DNA of 63,888 nucleotides, the filler included, from Octopus bimaculoides (Eukaryota): the NCBI RefSeq assembly GCF_001194135.2. It is 5 parts of 5 records of this genome, joined end to end, with 100 filler letters (N's around TTAATTAATTAA, not from the genome) between each part and the next. Parts side by side here need not be neighbours in the genome. Positions count along the whole stretch, not along the records: positions 1 to 23,158 come from NC_068998.1; 4 more parts are not named here. One strand, 5' to 3'. How positions within the stretch are numbered: position 1 is the stretch's first letter; every line of letters begins with the position of its first letter. Under the pieces are notes generated by a model. It was not told the origin of the DNA, did no database searches, and worked only from the letters and a program-made list of their open reading frames with translations. This document shows positions 1 to 11,821 of this stretch, one piece after another. The translations under genes were made by a program, and so were the position numbers.

Positions 1-42
<42 letters not shown>

Positions 43-52
43 ATCACATATA

Positions 53-89
<37 letters not shown>

Positions 90-120
90 ACACATACACA
101 CACAGACACCCACACACACG
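1..120. repeat. Compound (TA)n/(CA)n microsatellite, representative of dozens of SSR arrays across the window
   Basis: Directly visible dinucleotide arrays; similar TA, CA, TATG, AGAT, AG, AAT and GAT arrays recur throughout, and many abut N gaps. Confidence 0.97.
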
Positions 121-1301
121 CACGTCAATATATGCATATTTATGCATATCCGAAAAATTACTTTGTAGCGTAGTTTATAAAGTCGGAAATTCGGCAGAAA
201 AGATCAATCTTTTATTGGGTGAAATCTTTTACCTCTGCAACCTGCGACCATTATTCTCTGAGGAGATAACAAACGAACAGAAAATAAATCTATAAAGCTA
301 AAATGGTAAATAATAATAACAAAAATAAATAATGACTTACACAAAAATTACAACTATGCAGAATTTACGAAACAAATTCACGTTCACCGTATCTACCGTT
401 TTGACAACAGCAGTTTTATCGATTGCTTGGTTGCCTAACAGTTGTTTGAGGGCAGATGTAGGAATACAAATGAAATAGCTTTACGACTGGAAGGGGAGCA
501 ACATCTTCAGTATACAGACTGATATTAGATTTGACGTTTGTTCCTGGCTCATAATAAACTTCGACTTGTAGAAAGACAACACAGAGCAAACACTCCTTCC
601 TAAAGATAAGTATGTATGTATGTATGAATGTATGTATTGTGTATGCATCTATCAATCTATCTGCATACATGTATATATGTATACACGTATGTATAAATCA
701 ATGTATGGATGTATGTATAAGTGCATGTACATATATATATATAAATACACATATACATACATATACATATAAATATAACTATATATATATGTGAATATAT
801 ATATGCATGTGAACGTAAGTGTGTGTGTGTATGTGTGTGTTTGTGTACTAAGCTATGTATGTAATTTTGTAGGTTTCAATGGATGACTTTATAAATGCAT
901 TTGTATACATACATACATACATGCATACATATACATGTATACATATATACATACATACGCACGTACGTACGTATGTATGTATGTATGTATGTATGTATAT
1001 AAATATGTATATTTGGAAGTATGTATGTTATATTCTAGTCTATATCTTTGCTCATGCGTATGCCTGTTCTTAGATATGTATGTAGTATGAATTTATGTAT
1101 GTTTCCCTGTATGTGTGGATATTCTATCTTTATCAATTTTTTCTTGTCTCTATATATTTGCCAACCTATGTGTGTATGAATTGTAAACATAGTTTTCGTT
1201 ACATATATGGATATACTTTGTTTTTCTTACCAAAATGATTTGTAACCCAATACTTACATGCTACCTTTTATAGCTTTCTCGGATTCGAGTTTCAGTGTCA
1301 C

Positions 1302-1352
<51 letters not shown>

Positions 1353-1681
1353 NNNNNNNNNNNNNNNNNNNNNNNNNNNNNNNNNNNNNNNNNNNNNNNN
1401 NNNNNNNNNNNNNNNNNNNNNNNNNNNNNNNNNNNNNNNNNNNNNNNNNNNNNNNNNNNNNNNNNNNNNNNNNNNNNNNNNNNNNNNNNNNNNNNNNNNN
1501 NNNNNNNNNNNNNNNNNNNNNNNNNNNNNNNNNNNNNNNNNNNNNNNNNNNNNNNNNNNNNNNNNNNNNNNNNNNNNNNNNNNNNNNNNNNNNNNNNNNN
1601 NNNNNNNNNNNNNNNNNNNNNNNNNNNNNNNNNNNNNNNNNNNNNNNNNNNNNNNNNNNNNNNNNNNNNNNNNNNNNNNNN

Positions 1682-1760
<79 letters not shown>

Positions 1761-2670
1761 CTTCAATGTTAATTGTATTGTTTGGAATCATAGCATTTTA
1801 AGTGTGTTTCTTGTGGCTTTGTGAAACTCAACACCTGCAGATTAATTGTGAAGTGGTCAGTAACATGACCAACTGTACTAAATGGTTGACTAGCTGGAAG
1901 CAAGTGATTTCAAATCCTTACATAGGTATCTTGAGATATTAGTCTTTTGTTTCCTAAACTATGGCAGCATAAAAATTCGGAACCCCATGGAATGCCCGAG
2001 GATATCGTTGCTAACCTGCTAACGAGGGAGAACTTAGAAAAGATAGGCTAAATGTAGCTCGGCTAATTGTGGAACTGCCCAGTAGGTCTCAACTTGTGAT
2101 TGTCCTTTATTTGCAGGCTTCGATGGTAACAACTAAGAAATTTACATCTTTCCCTGAAGTGTTCGACAACGATTGGACTTCCAACGTGTGTGCACGTGTG
2201 CTTGGCTGTGTATGCTTTTATTTCTGATTTATTTACGCACTTCTTAGAATACAAGGCGTTCTCTAACGGAGTGACAAGGCTTTCTTTCTTAAAGGAATCA
2301 ATCCAGTTCCAGAAATTTGTGGGTATGTGGGTAAGTTAATCTGTATGTATGCATTTATAAATATAAGTTGGTATACTTATATGCATGGAATGAGTACACA
2401 TGTCATTTTATTACAAAAATTTGCATGGTTACTCTTTATATATATATATATGTGCATTTGTGTGTGTGTGTGTGTGTGTGTATGCAAATGTTCCTCTCTG
2501 TGTATGTATATGTGTGTGCGTGCGCAATATTCAGATATGTGACTGTATATATGTTTATTCCGGGAAACTCAAATGAAAATATTCCCAATTTTTAACTGTA
2601 CAAATTAGACTACTACTAATCAATCAGTGTTGATGTATGTGAGGTAGTTTCTTTGTTCTTTTGTTGATAG

Positions 2671-2699
2671 ACTCCAGCAGTTTTGAAACCCTCATTCAG
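2671..2699 (+). other. Candidate 29-nt micro-exon of an unknown transcript
   Basis: Pyrimidine-rich acceptor tttctttgttcttttgttgatAG ends at 2670 and donor CAG|GTATGT starts at 2700; open as (D)SSSFETLIQ or TPAVLKPSF. No homology recognised. Confidence 0.2.
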
Positions 2700-2956
2700 G
2701 TATGTTGTTACATCGGTTAGTTTGTTCGCTCTACACCATCTCAGATTTTTCACTTTTCACACTTTTCACCTTTTGCGACAACGTGTAGCTTATTCTCCTG
2801 CATCACACAAGAGCATCAAATTTGTTGCACTTGTATTGGATTGCTTCTTCTAATATATTTATCTGCCAAAATAATATCCCTAATTTTTCAAGGGGACGAA
2901 TACATTCTGGTTATGCAAGGTATTTAGTACACCCGTCAGAACAATCTCATCTGTCT

Positions 2957-3263
2957 GTTGTTGTTTGTTACTTCTCGAGTCATGCCTGACTCATAAGGGT
3001 CGGTCTCGAGGTTTAATTAGCGTATAAGTTCCCCACCTGGATGGGACGCCGGTCCGTCTCCGGAGAGCTGCTAGACGCAGGAAGAAGGAGTCAGAGAAAA
3101 TTGAGGCAAAAGAGTCAGAAGAAGTTCGCCGTTACCTTCTGTCGGAACCGCGTGAAGTTTACAGGTTTCGCTCATAAACCCACACATCACCCGGTCTGAA
3201 ATTCGAACCCGTGATCCCCCGACCGCGAGTCCGCTGCTCTAACCACTTGAACATGTGCTTCCA
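2957..3263 (-). mobile_element. tRNA-derived SINE, head X + tail 2
   Basis: Reverse strand: tRNA-like head (AGTGGTTAGAGCAGCGGACTCGCGGTC...GGGTTCGAATTTC); head and centre align with 17139-17340; ends in an AAACAACAAC tail. Confidence 0.85.
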
Positions 3264-3288
3264 CTATCTGTGTGTAATAAAAACATAA

Positions 3289-3535
3289 ATGCGCCCTTTT
3301 AAAGCCTAGCCAGGCTCATGGGCCCAGTTTCCCGGTTTCAGTGGCGTATGTGTTCCCCAGCTGGACAGGACGCCAGTCCATTGCAGCGTTACTCATTTTT
3401 GCCAGCTGAATGGACTGAAGCAACGTGAAATGAATGTTTTCCTCAAGAAAACAGCGCGTCGCCCGGTCCAGGAATCGAAACCACAATCTTACGATCATGG
3501 TGCTGACACCCTAACCACTAAGCCACGCGCCTCCA
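3289..3535 (-). mobile_element. tRNA-derived SINE, head Y + CORE-like centre + tail 2
   Basis: Reverse strand: GGCGCGTGGCTTAGTGG A-box and GTTTCGATTCC B-box; centre TTCAGTCCATTCAGCTGGCAAAAATGAGTAA aligns with the 54980 copy; tail GGACTGGCGTCCTGTCCAGCTGGGGAAC aligns with the 2957-3263 tail. Confidence 0.85.
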
Positions 3536-5097
3536 CTACTATCTGTGTAGCATTGTAAAAATGTTTTTCTCACAATATCATATCTCATGTAAAAGTATTA
3601 TTACCTTGCAGATACTTCTGGGTAGCTTCTGGAGATATAGTGTAATGAAAATCTTCTGTCATAATGTGGAGCCTTGCGGGTGCACTTATTGCATTTACTA
3701 ATCAGTTATTTAGCAGTTATTTTCTCTTCCTGATTTTGAAAGCGTAACCTTTCAAGTGAGGTACAATGTATCTATTACGTGTCTCTGCATGTATGTACGC
3801 ATGCATTTATATATCTGTAAACATATATATTATCATATATATATGTATATATGTATCTCTCTATATTCACACATATATTTATGTACATCCTTAGCATATA
3901 CACTCATAGCATATATTTATAAACACACACACACATATTTCATATGCGTATGTATGTTATGTATGTAATGTTTAACTTGGTGTAGTGAGAGTGAGTGTGG
4001 GTGTATGTTTGCGCGTGTGTGCGTGCCCGTGTGTTGATATAGGAATTCATGTGTATATTTGTTCTATTGTTTGTCTGCCCCTTGTTCATTACGTCTAACT
4101 TCTCTCTACGTATTTCTATTAACAAATGTCTCTGTTTATGTCAGTTTCCTAATTACATTCCTTGTTTTCCAAATGACATAAAATTCTTCAGAACTCTTAC
4201 TAATACTTACCAAATATATTTACACACTCTCCGAAAGAGGTGGTGGTGTAAATATATATATATATATATANNNNNNNNNNNNNNNNNNNNNNNNNNNNNN
4301 NNNNNNNNNNNNNNNNNNNNNNNNNNNNNNNNNNNNNNNNNNNNNNNNNNNNNNNNNNNNNNNNNNNNNNNNNNNNNNNNNNNNNNNNNNNNNNNNNNNN
4401 NNNNNNNNNNNNNNNNNNNNNNNNNNNNNNNNNNNNNNNNNNNNNNNNNNNNNNNNNNNNNNNNNNNNNNNNNNNNNNNNNNNNNNNNNNNNNNNNNNNN
4501 NNNNNNNNNNNNNNNNNNNNNNNNNNNNNNNNNNNNNNNNNNNNNNNNNNNNNNNNNNNNNNNNNNNNNNNNNNNNNNNNNNNNNNNNNNNNNNNNNNNN
4601 NNNNNNNNNNNNNNNNNNNNNNNNNNNNNNNNNNNNNNNNNNNNNNNNNNNNNNNNNNNNNNNNNNNNNNNNNNNNNNNNNNNNNNNNNNNNNNNNNNNN
4701 NNNNNNNNNNNNNNNNNNNNNNNNNNNNNNNNNNNNNNNNNNNNNNNNNNNNNNNNNNNNNNNNNNNNNNNNNNNNNNNNNNNNNNNNNNNNNNNNNNNN
4801 NNNNNNNNNNNNNNNNNNNNNNNNNNNNNNNNNNNNNNNNNNNNNNNNNNNNNNNNNNNNNNNNNNNNNNNNNNNNNNNNNNNNNNNNNNNNNNNNNNNN
4901 NNNNNNNNNNNNNNNNNNNNNNNNNNNNNNNNNNNNNNNNNNNNNNNNNNNNNNNNNNNNNNNNNNNNNNNNNNNNNNNNNNNNNNNNNNNNNNNNNNNN
5001 NNNNNNNNNNNNNNNNNNNNNNNNNNNNNNNNNNNNNNNNNNNNNNNNNNNNNNNNNNNNNNNNNNNNNNNNNNNNNNNNNTTCATAATGTAACCTC

Positions 5098-5280
5098 GTG
5101 GGCATCGATACCATTTTCCTCTTTCTCCGTTCTTCCATTCTCCGAACTTTCCATCTTTCCGACGAAGGGCTACGCCCGAAACGTCATACACTCTCTCTTT
5201 CCTTTCCTGAGCGTCCAATAATACTATCCATATCACGTCCTCACTTTGTTGTTTTTTGTTTTTTTGTTATTGTTTTTTTT
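5098..5280 (+). mobile_element. Hammerhead-bearing short non-coding repeat, copy 1 (retrozyme / Penelope-derived-like)
   Basis: CTTT-CCGACGA-A-GGGC-TAC-GCCC-GAAA-CG-TC at 5155-5185; downstream CCTGAGCGTCCAATAATAC aligns with the copies at 28150 and 54110. Confidence 0.65.
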
Positions 5281-5283
5281 AAC

Positions 5284-5316
<33 letters not shown>

Positions 5317-6882
5317 AACTTACATGTATACACCAAATTCCGAATATATAAATCGTATATGTCGAAATAATGATCATGATGATAAAAATATGGATAATGA
5401 TATAATAATAGAAGTAAAGGTAGTCGAAGTAGTTGTGGTAGTAATAGTAGTAGTAGTTGTTGTAGTAATAGTAGGAGTAGTAATGATGACGATGATGATG
5501 AAGGTTAGGCTAATAGTGGTAATGTGCCTAATCGCAGAAGTAGCTGTAATAATTAAAATTGTACTAATTATAGTAAAATTCGAGAACCAAAATTTTTGTG
5601 GCGAACAATAGATCACAATTTATTTCACGTTCTGTCGAAAGGTTATAATATTTTTATGAGGTCAGCGACCGACAGTTTTCACCGGGAATAATAAAGTTTC
5701 TAAAATCGATCGAGCAATTCAAAGGATTGCTTTGGTCCAATTAGTAGAACACCAGTAATATCTTCTGGAAATACGGGTTCGTGTCCTACAAGCAGCCTCT
5801 GACTTTTTCTATCTTAATTAGTTTTCCAATCCAATATTTACATGCTATTATTTATATCATTATCATCTGCTTCGAGATCTATTATGAAAAAGAAAAAAAG
5901 CTAATTAGTTCACGTTCTCTCGAATGTTTAAAAATTATTGGGATATAAACTAATTGTAGTGGTGATAGTGAGAAGAACATAGAGAGAAAGGAAAAAGGAG
6001 AGAAAAGAAGAAACATATTGCCATGGAATACGATTTCTATGCTCATACATTTGAGAACGTAACAGGCAAGAGAGACACACACATATACAAACGCTCCAGA
6101 AAAGTAATAGCGACAACAATAGCCAACAGTAATACGAGTACAACAATCAGAGAGAAGCAGCAACAACAACAATCAGAGCGGCAACAACAACAAAAAGAGC
6201 AGCAACACTGATGAGACCAGTAACGAAATTAACAAGAGCCATTAATCTACGATAACNNNNNNNNNNNNNNNNNNNNNNNNNNNNNNNNNNNNNNNNNNNN
6301 NNNNNNNNNNNNNNNNNNNNNNNNNNNNNNNNNNNNNNNNNNNNNNNNNNNNNNNNNNNNNNNNNNNNNNNNNNNNNNNNNNNNNNNNNNNNNNNNNNNN
6401 NNNNNNNNNNNNNNNNNNNNNNNNNNNNNNNNNNNNNNNNNNNNNNNNNNNNNNNNNNNNNNNNNNNNNNNNNNNNNNNNNNNNNNNNNNNNNNNNNNNN
6501 NNNNNNNNNNNNNNNNNNNNNNNNNNNNNNNNNNNNNNNNNNNNNNNNNNNNNNNNNNNNNNNNNNNNNNNNNNNNNNNNNNNNNNNNNNNNNNNNNNNN
6601 NNNNNNNNNNNNNNNNNNNNNNNNNNNNNNNNNNNNNNNNNNNNNNNNNNNNNNNNNNNNNNNNNNNNNNNNNNNNNNNNNNNNNNNNNNNNNNNNNNNN
6701 NNNNNNNNNNNNNNNNNNNNNNNNNNNNNNNNNNNNNNNNNNNNNNNNNNNNNNNNNNNNNNNNNNNNNNNNNNNNNNNNNNNNNNNNNNNNNNNNNNNN
6801 NNNNNNNNNNNNNNNNNNNNNNNNNNNNNNNNNNNNNNNNNNNNNNNNNNNNNNNNNNNNNNNNNNNNNNNNNNNNNNNNNN

Positions 6883-6916
<34 letters not shown>

Positions 6917-7427
6917 TACTCATAAATTCACATATACACATACACACACACACACACACATATATATACATGCATTCCTACATACAGACACGTGTAGTTA
7001 TTTGTTATGTGCGAAATATCACTTGTAAATAAATGTAATATACACAAACACGCATGCACACGCTCTCACATACACACTCGAGCACACATAGACACGCCAC
7101 ATACGAGTGTGCATGACCTCTATTTACTCGGGTGCAGTTGCCGACCTTGATGATAATGAACGATAATGAAGAAAAGAAAATGTATTAGATAGAAAAAAAA
7201 ATCCATCTAATTACAAAAAGAAATATATGTATATTTATGCACATATACACACACATCCACAACACACAACAGACACACAGACACATATACACATACATAA
7301 CTATATGCATACATATTCTTGTATGCATACATGCATACCTGTGTATACACACATACACACATACATATATGTATATGTATATATATATGTATATACATAT
7401 GTATATATATGTGTGTGTGTGTATATA

Positions 7428-7463
<36 letters not shown>

Positions 7464-7659
7464 CACATAGACTCACCATATATATACTTGCATATATGTT
7501 TGCATATATGCATACACGTATATAGACATATGTGTAATCGTGTACAGATACTGATGTTTCTTAATTGAATATCATAATGACAAAATATTCAAGATGGCGG
7601 TTCTTAGCGCTGGTAAAATTCAGTGTAGACGAACTAAATCTTTAATATTTTGCCACATT

Positions 7660-7820
7660 GTTATCAATTTCAAATCTCACCGTGCTCAACATAGCCTTTC
7701 ACATCCCTTGCTGGGTCGGCGAAATAAAGTACCAATCAAGTAGTGTGATTGATGATGTCGATTAATTTCCTACCCCCTTAGAATTCTTAGCCGTGTTCCA
7801 AACCGGGAAACCATTGTTAT
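7660..7820 (+). mobile_element. Degenerate SINE family A fragment
   Basis: GCCTTTCACATCCCTTGCTGGGTCGGCGAAATAAAGTACCA resembles the GCCTTTCATCCTTTCGAGGTCGATAAAATAAATACC core of 59368-59585. Confidence 0.5.
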
Positions 7821-8282
7821 TGTGTCTGCATGCAGTACCCTGTGTCATTCTCGATATCTCTGCTGATAATTGCCTACGAGCCAATCGATAACATAGAGAT
7901 TTATTAACTGCCATTGCTGTCTATTCTTTTGTGACGAATTACAATATGTGCACCGATGTCTATATTATGTCACTTTCAATTCCAAGATTTTTGAATAATA
8001 AAACACTTACCAACCTGTTAGTTCTTTGTAACGTTTTAATCGCGTATCGTGTGAGTCGTAGGTTTTAAAAAGGCTCATTATTGCCAGGAATTCTGAGACA
8101 CCGGTGTTTCGATATGTTGTAACGTGTCAGTCTGTATTACTTGGAGCCTTGAGCCCAAATCAACCTTGTTTATATAACGTCAGTGAACAAAGTGTTCGTG
8201 AATCTCTTCTGGTATGTAGCAACGGATAAAAAAATCGTTATTCTGCTGTGTACAGAGAGATATAAAATAATGATTTGCATAT

Positions 8283-8465
8283 TTATTCTTCATTCTTTCC
8301 AGCAGATTTGAACACAAAATCACTGGCTTCTTTAGACTCAAAGGCCAGAGTAATTCTGGCGACGTGACGGAAAATGTTGAAACCTCGGTGTCCTAAAATC
8401 CCTTGTATCAATGAGTTGAATATCTGGTGAAATAGTTTGTCGATGTAAAAAGGAAAAGTTTTCTT
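8283..8465 (-). CDS. Candidate terminal coding exon (exon 3 of a three-exon model), unknown protein
   Basis: Acceptor ttgttgtcgcAG; phase-0 open frame KKTFPFYIDKLFHQIF...GKNEE* in phase with upstream candidate 8645-8797. Confidence 0.22.
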   Translation of the reverse strand, partial: KKTFPFYIDKLFHQIFNSLIQGILGHRGFNIFRHVARITLAFESKEASDFVFKSAGKNEE

Positions 8466-8644
8466 CTGCGACAACAATGATTAGCATATTAGTGTTCGCA
8501 TCTGTCGAAACGTATTATGAATAATTATGTAATTCGTTGTTTCAGATATCGTTGTACATAGTGCAAATACCGATTTTTTAAAGCTAATTGAATTCTTGTT
8601 CAATAACATATCCCTTGATTTAATATACAACAGCATTAAACTAC

Positions 8645-8797
8645 AAATGTTATCAAATATTGTGGTTCAACGCTACCCCAACGAATATTACAACTGCTCA
8701 TTAATTTCATGAAGCAATTATACAGATTCTCCATATCAACACATGTCAGTACTTTCACAAATGTTTTCAAAAACTTCTGCACCATTCCATGGATATT
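8645..8797 (-). CDS. Candidate internal coding exon (exon 2 of model), unknown protein
   Basis: Acceptor tttgtgtctttAG; 153 nt, phase 0/0, NIHGMVQKFLKTFVKVL...YLITF; donor GTAGTT is only moderate. Confidence 0.25.
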
Positions 8798-8939
8798 CTA
8801 AAGACACAAATTGACAGAACCCATCTATTTTATGAGGTTCATCTCGTTGTTCACAGCTGTTCAGGATATGTGATTTATGACGTACTCAATACTGGAATTT
8901 AATTGAATAAAAAGGTATTTGACATATTCAAGTACATAC

Positions 8940-9147
8940 ATAGTCAAAAGGTATTTTATCAGTTCCATCATCTTTGAATTCAATACTCTTAAATCCAAGC
9001 CAGCTTGATTCCTTAATTATTTGTTCGTGGCAAACATATTTGAAACCACTTTGGATCACACGCAATAGTAAGGAATGTATGTGCTTTTCCAAAATGCGAA
9101 TGACGCTAATAGGGTCCTGAAAATTATTTTGAACAAAATAAGATAAC
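8940..9147 (-). CDS. Candidate internal coding exon (exon 1 of model), unknown protein
   Basis: Strong acceptor tttgcttcaatcttctttcacAG, donor TAT|GTATGT, 208 nt open: LSYFVQNNFQDPISVIRILEKHIHSLLLRVIQSGFKYVCHEQIIKESSWLGFKSIEFKDDGTDKIPFDY; non-repetitive composition. Confidence 0.4.
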
Positions 9148-9331
9148 CTGTGAAAGAAGATTGAAGCAAACACATGTACCCACGTACTCACACGCACACA
9201 CACATCCACACACATACAAACATCACATGCACGCATACATACACATATAAACGCACACGCACACACACACTTAGCCAAACATACAAACATAGAGTAGACA
9301 TATAAATGATACACACACACACACACACACC

Positions 9332-9377
<46 letters not shown>

Positions 9378-9562
9378 TAAAATTATGTGTGTGATTGTGT
9401 TAGTGAATGTGTGTATATGTATTCTCTGAACTATTATACTTAAAACCTCAATTGGAACAGGTTTAGAAAACCAGCTCAAGAAGACAGAACTATAAAACAA
9501 TACACACACATAATATATATACATGCGTTCATACATATACATATATACACATACACACACAT

Positions 9563-9603
<41 letters not shown>

Positions 9604-9613
9604 NNNNNNNNNN

Positions 9614-9662
<49 letters not shown>

Positions 9663-9980
9663 ACATATATATTACATGTGTGCATGTGTGTATATTTATA
9701 TAGCACCGTACATAAAAAAACAGATGAACAGCACGAGAAATCTATAAATTCAGGGTACTTAAAAACTTAGTAATGGTTATTGTTAAATGAAATAATCTGT
9801 AGACATTTTTATTAGAATCGATGCAAATCCAGCATCATTACAATGGCTTTCTGTGTGAAACTACCGATGTCATCATCTTCTTTCTTTATTTCTTCTCACA
9901 CAACGATTTTAGTCTATATATTTACACAGATTAGAAAATCTATTTCTTACACCAAATGTGTAATTCCGTTTACATTTTAT

Positions 9981-10052
9981 TTCTTCTTCTTCTTCTTCTT
10001 CTTCTTCTTCTTCTTCTTCTTCTTCTTCTTCTTCTTCTTCTTCTTCTTCTTC
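9981..10052. repeat. (TTC)24 trinucleotide microsatellite
   Basis: Directly visible; explains the poly-F and poly-E ORFs 9843..10151 and 9909..10262. Confidence 0.97.
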
Positions 10053-10109
10053 TTTTTCTGTCCTGCCCGTGCTTCTCCTTCCTCCACCTTTACAACCTCC
10101 ACCACCACC

Positions 10110-10712
10110 ACCACTTGTACGCGTGATTGTAATCTTCCGGTCATTACCTAAATTATATGTGACCATATATGAAGATCGACACGGAAACCGAATTGACGAT
10201 ATCGAGTTTGGCATTTTTACAACCCCTCCTCTTCTGAGGAACGAATGCTGGAGATGGCGCATTACAGTACCAGCACTTGTAATTCTAATAATTCAGCTTC
10301 CTACCTTTCATTACTCTCGAATACGGCTTCGAGAGACATAAACTTCTCCAATTGTCTCAATGGTGTTCCATTAACATGCTGAGTGCATTACGATCTTGTG
10401 AAAATCGCCGTCTCAGTTTTTGCTTCACTAATTCTCATTCCAGCCTTGCTGCATCCCGAAACGAACCCGTTTGTGTATATGTTGGAGATCACATTCTGAT
10501 AAACCAAGTAGCACCATGTCATCTGCAAATATTAACTGACTGATTCTACACACATCGATTGTGATACGACTTCCAAAATGGCTGTGAATGTCAATCTATT
10601 TCGTAAAATTTACGAAGAGAAGAAGATCCTTGCCGAAGCCCAACACCAACGTTGAAAAGTTTCGACTTAGCACCATTAACCCATTAAATCCAACTCTGCA
10701 TTGATTAAATAA
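10110..10712 (-). mobile_element. Fossil RTE-clade LINE reverse transcriptase fragment (frameshifted, with stops)
   Basis: Minus-strand translation gives VNGAKSKLFNVGVGLRQG (GLRQG 10627-10641), IDVCRISQLIFADDMVLLG (FADD 10518-10529), then CSKAGMRISEAKTE, AKLDIVNSVSVSIFIYGH and VMTGRLQSRVQ, collinear with the RTE (Rex3/Expander-like) RT C-terminal motif order as recalled. Confidence 0.85.
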
Positions 10713-11468
10713 AATGACGTTAAGCATAATAATAATAAAAAAAATTGTCAAATTGCTAACCATAAATACGAAAAATAAGTGGAATTTTTGCATGCGAAAA
10801 TATATTTTTCGTTTACCTGAAGGAGTTAGAAAATCAAGATTTGAAGGCGGGGAAACTGAGCAGACAGAAAACGTGTTGCTTGAAAGTCGTTCGTATGGAC
10901 AGTTCTAATTGCTATCCATGTACATCTGCATGTTATAGAACTACAAACGCATTCCTGTGATTTATTTGTTGCAGTTTCATACCTTTATATATCGCTAGTT
11001 TTCTTGCGGGCATGTATTAAAAAATGGTAACGGAGGCTGTTAATTGTTAATTCCAATTTTCATAAGTCTTTAAAAAATGCAATTTCTTTTTTGGAATGTG
11101 GCAATGTCGTAGAAAACCGTAAAACACAATAATAATGAGATGAAAATTAGTTTTTAGCCGACTTAGCTTTAAAAAAATTTACCATCTGTTTTGATTTTAG
11201 TGAATCTATCTGAGATCGATAAACTAATCACCAATACCCACTGTGCGCCAATGGAAATTCTCATTATTTTGTCCTCGCGTCTGAGTTTTATATTTTTAAA
11301 GTTATTTATATTGTGAAGCTTGGCAATTTATTTTTTACGTCTCTATTTAAACTTTGGATACGTTTCTTGCACACACACAAACACACACGCACATAACACG
11401 CACGCACATACATGCATGCATACATTCTCTCCTTCATTCTCTGTCTGTCTCTTTGCATATATATATAT

Positions 11469-11523
<55 letters not shown>

Positions 11524-11788
11524 TCTATATATCTATATTTATACACACACACACACACACACACATANNNNNNNNNNNNNNNNNNNNNNNNNNNNNNNNN
11601 NNNNNNNNNNNNNNNNNNNNNNNNNNNNNNNNNNNNNNNNNNNNNNNNNNNNNNNNNNNNNNNNNNNNNNNNNNNNNNNNNNNNNNNNNNNNNNNNNNNN
11701 NNNNNNNNNNNNNNNNNNNNNNNNNNNNNNNNNNNNNNNNNNNNNNNNNNNNNNNNNNNNNNNNNNNNNNNNNNNNNNNNNNNNNNNN

Positions 11789-11821
<33 letters not shown>

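Noticed and set aside
416-670. 84-aa minus ORF with a non-repetitive core (VEVYYEPGTNVKS...)
   Set aside because: Starts in SSR, has only weak splice signals and no recognisable motif.
6203-6240. CTGATGA-GACCAGTAAC-GAAA hammerhead-like string
   Set aside because: Stem II cannot pair beyond one bp, and no stem I complement or NUH site is present.
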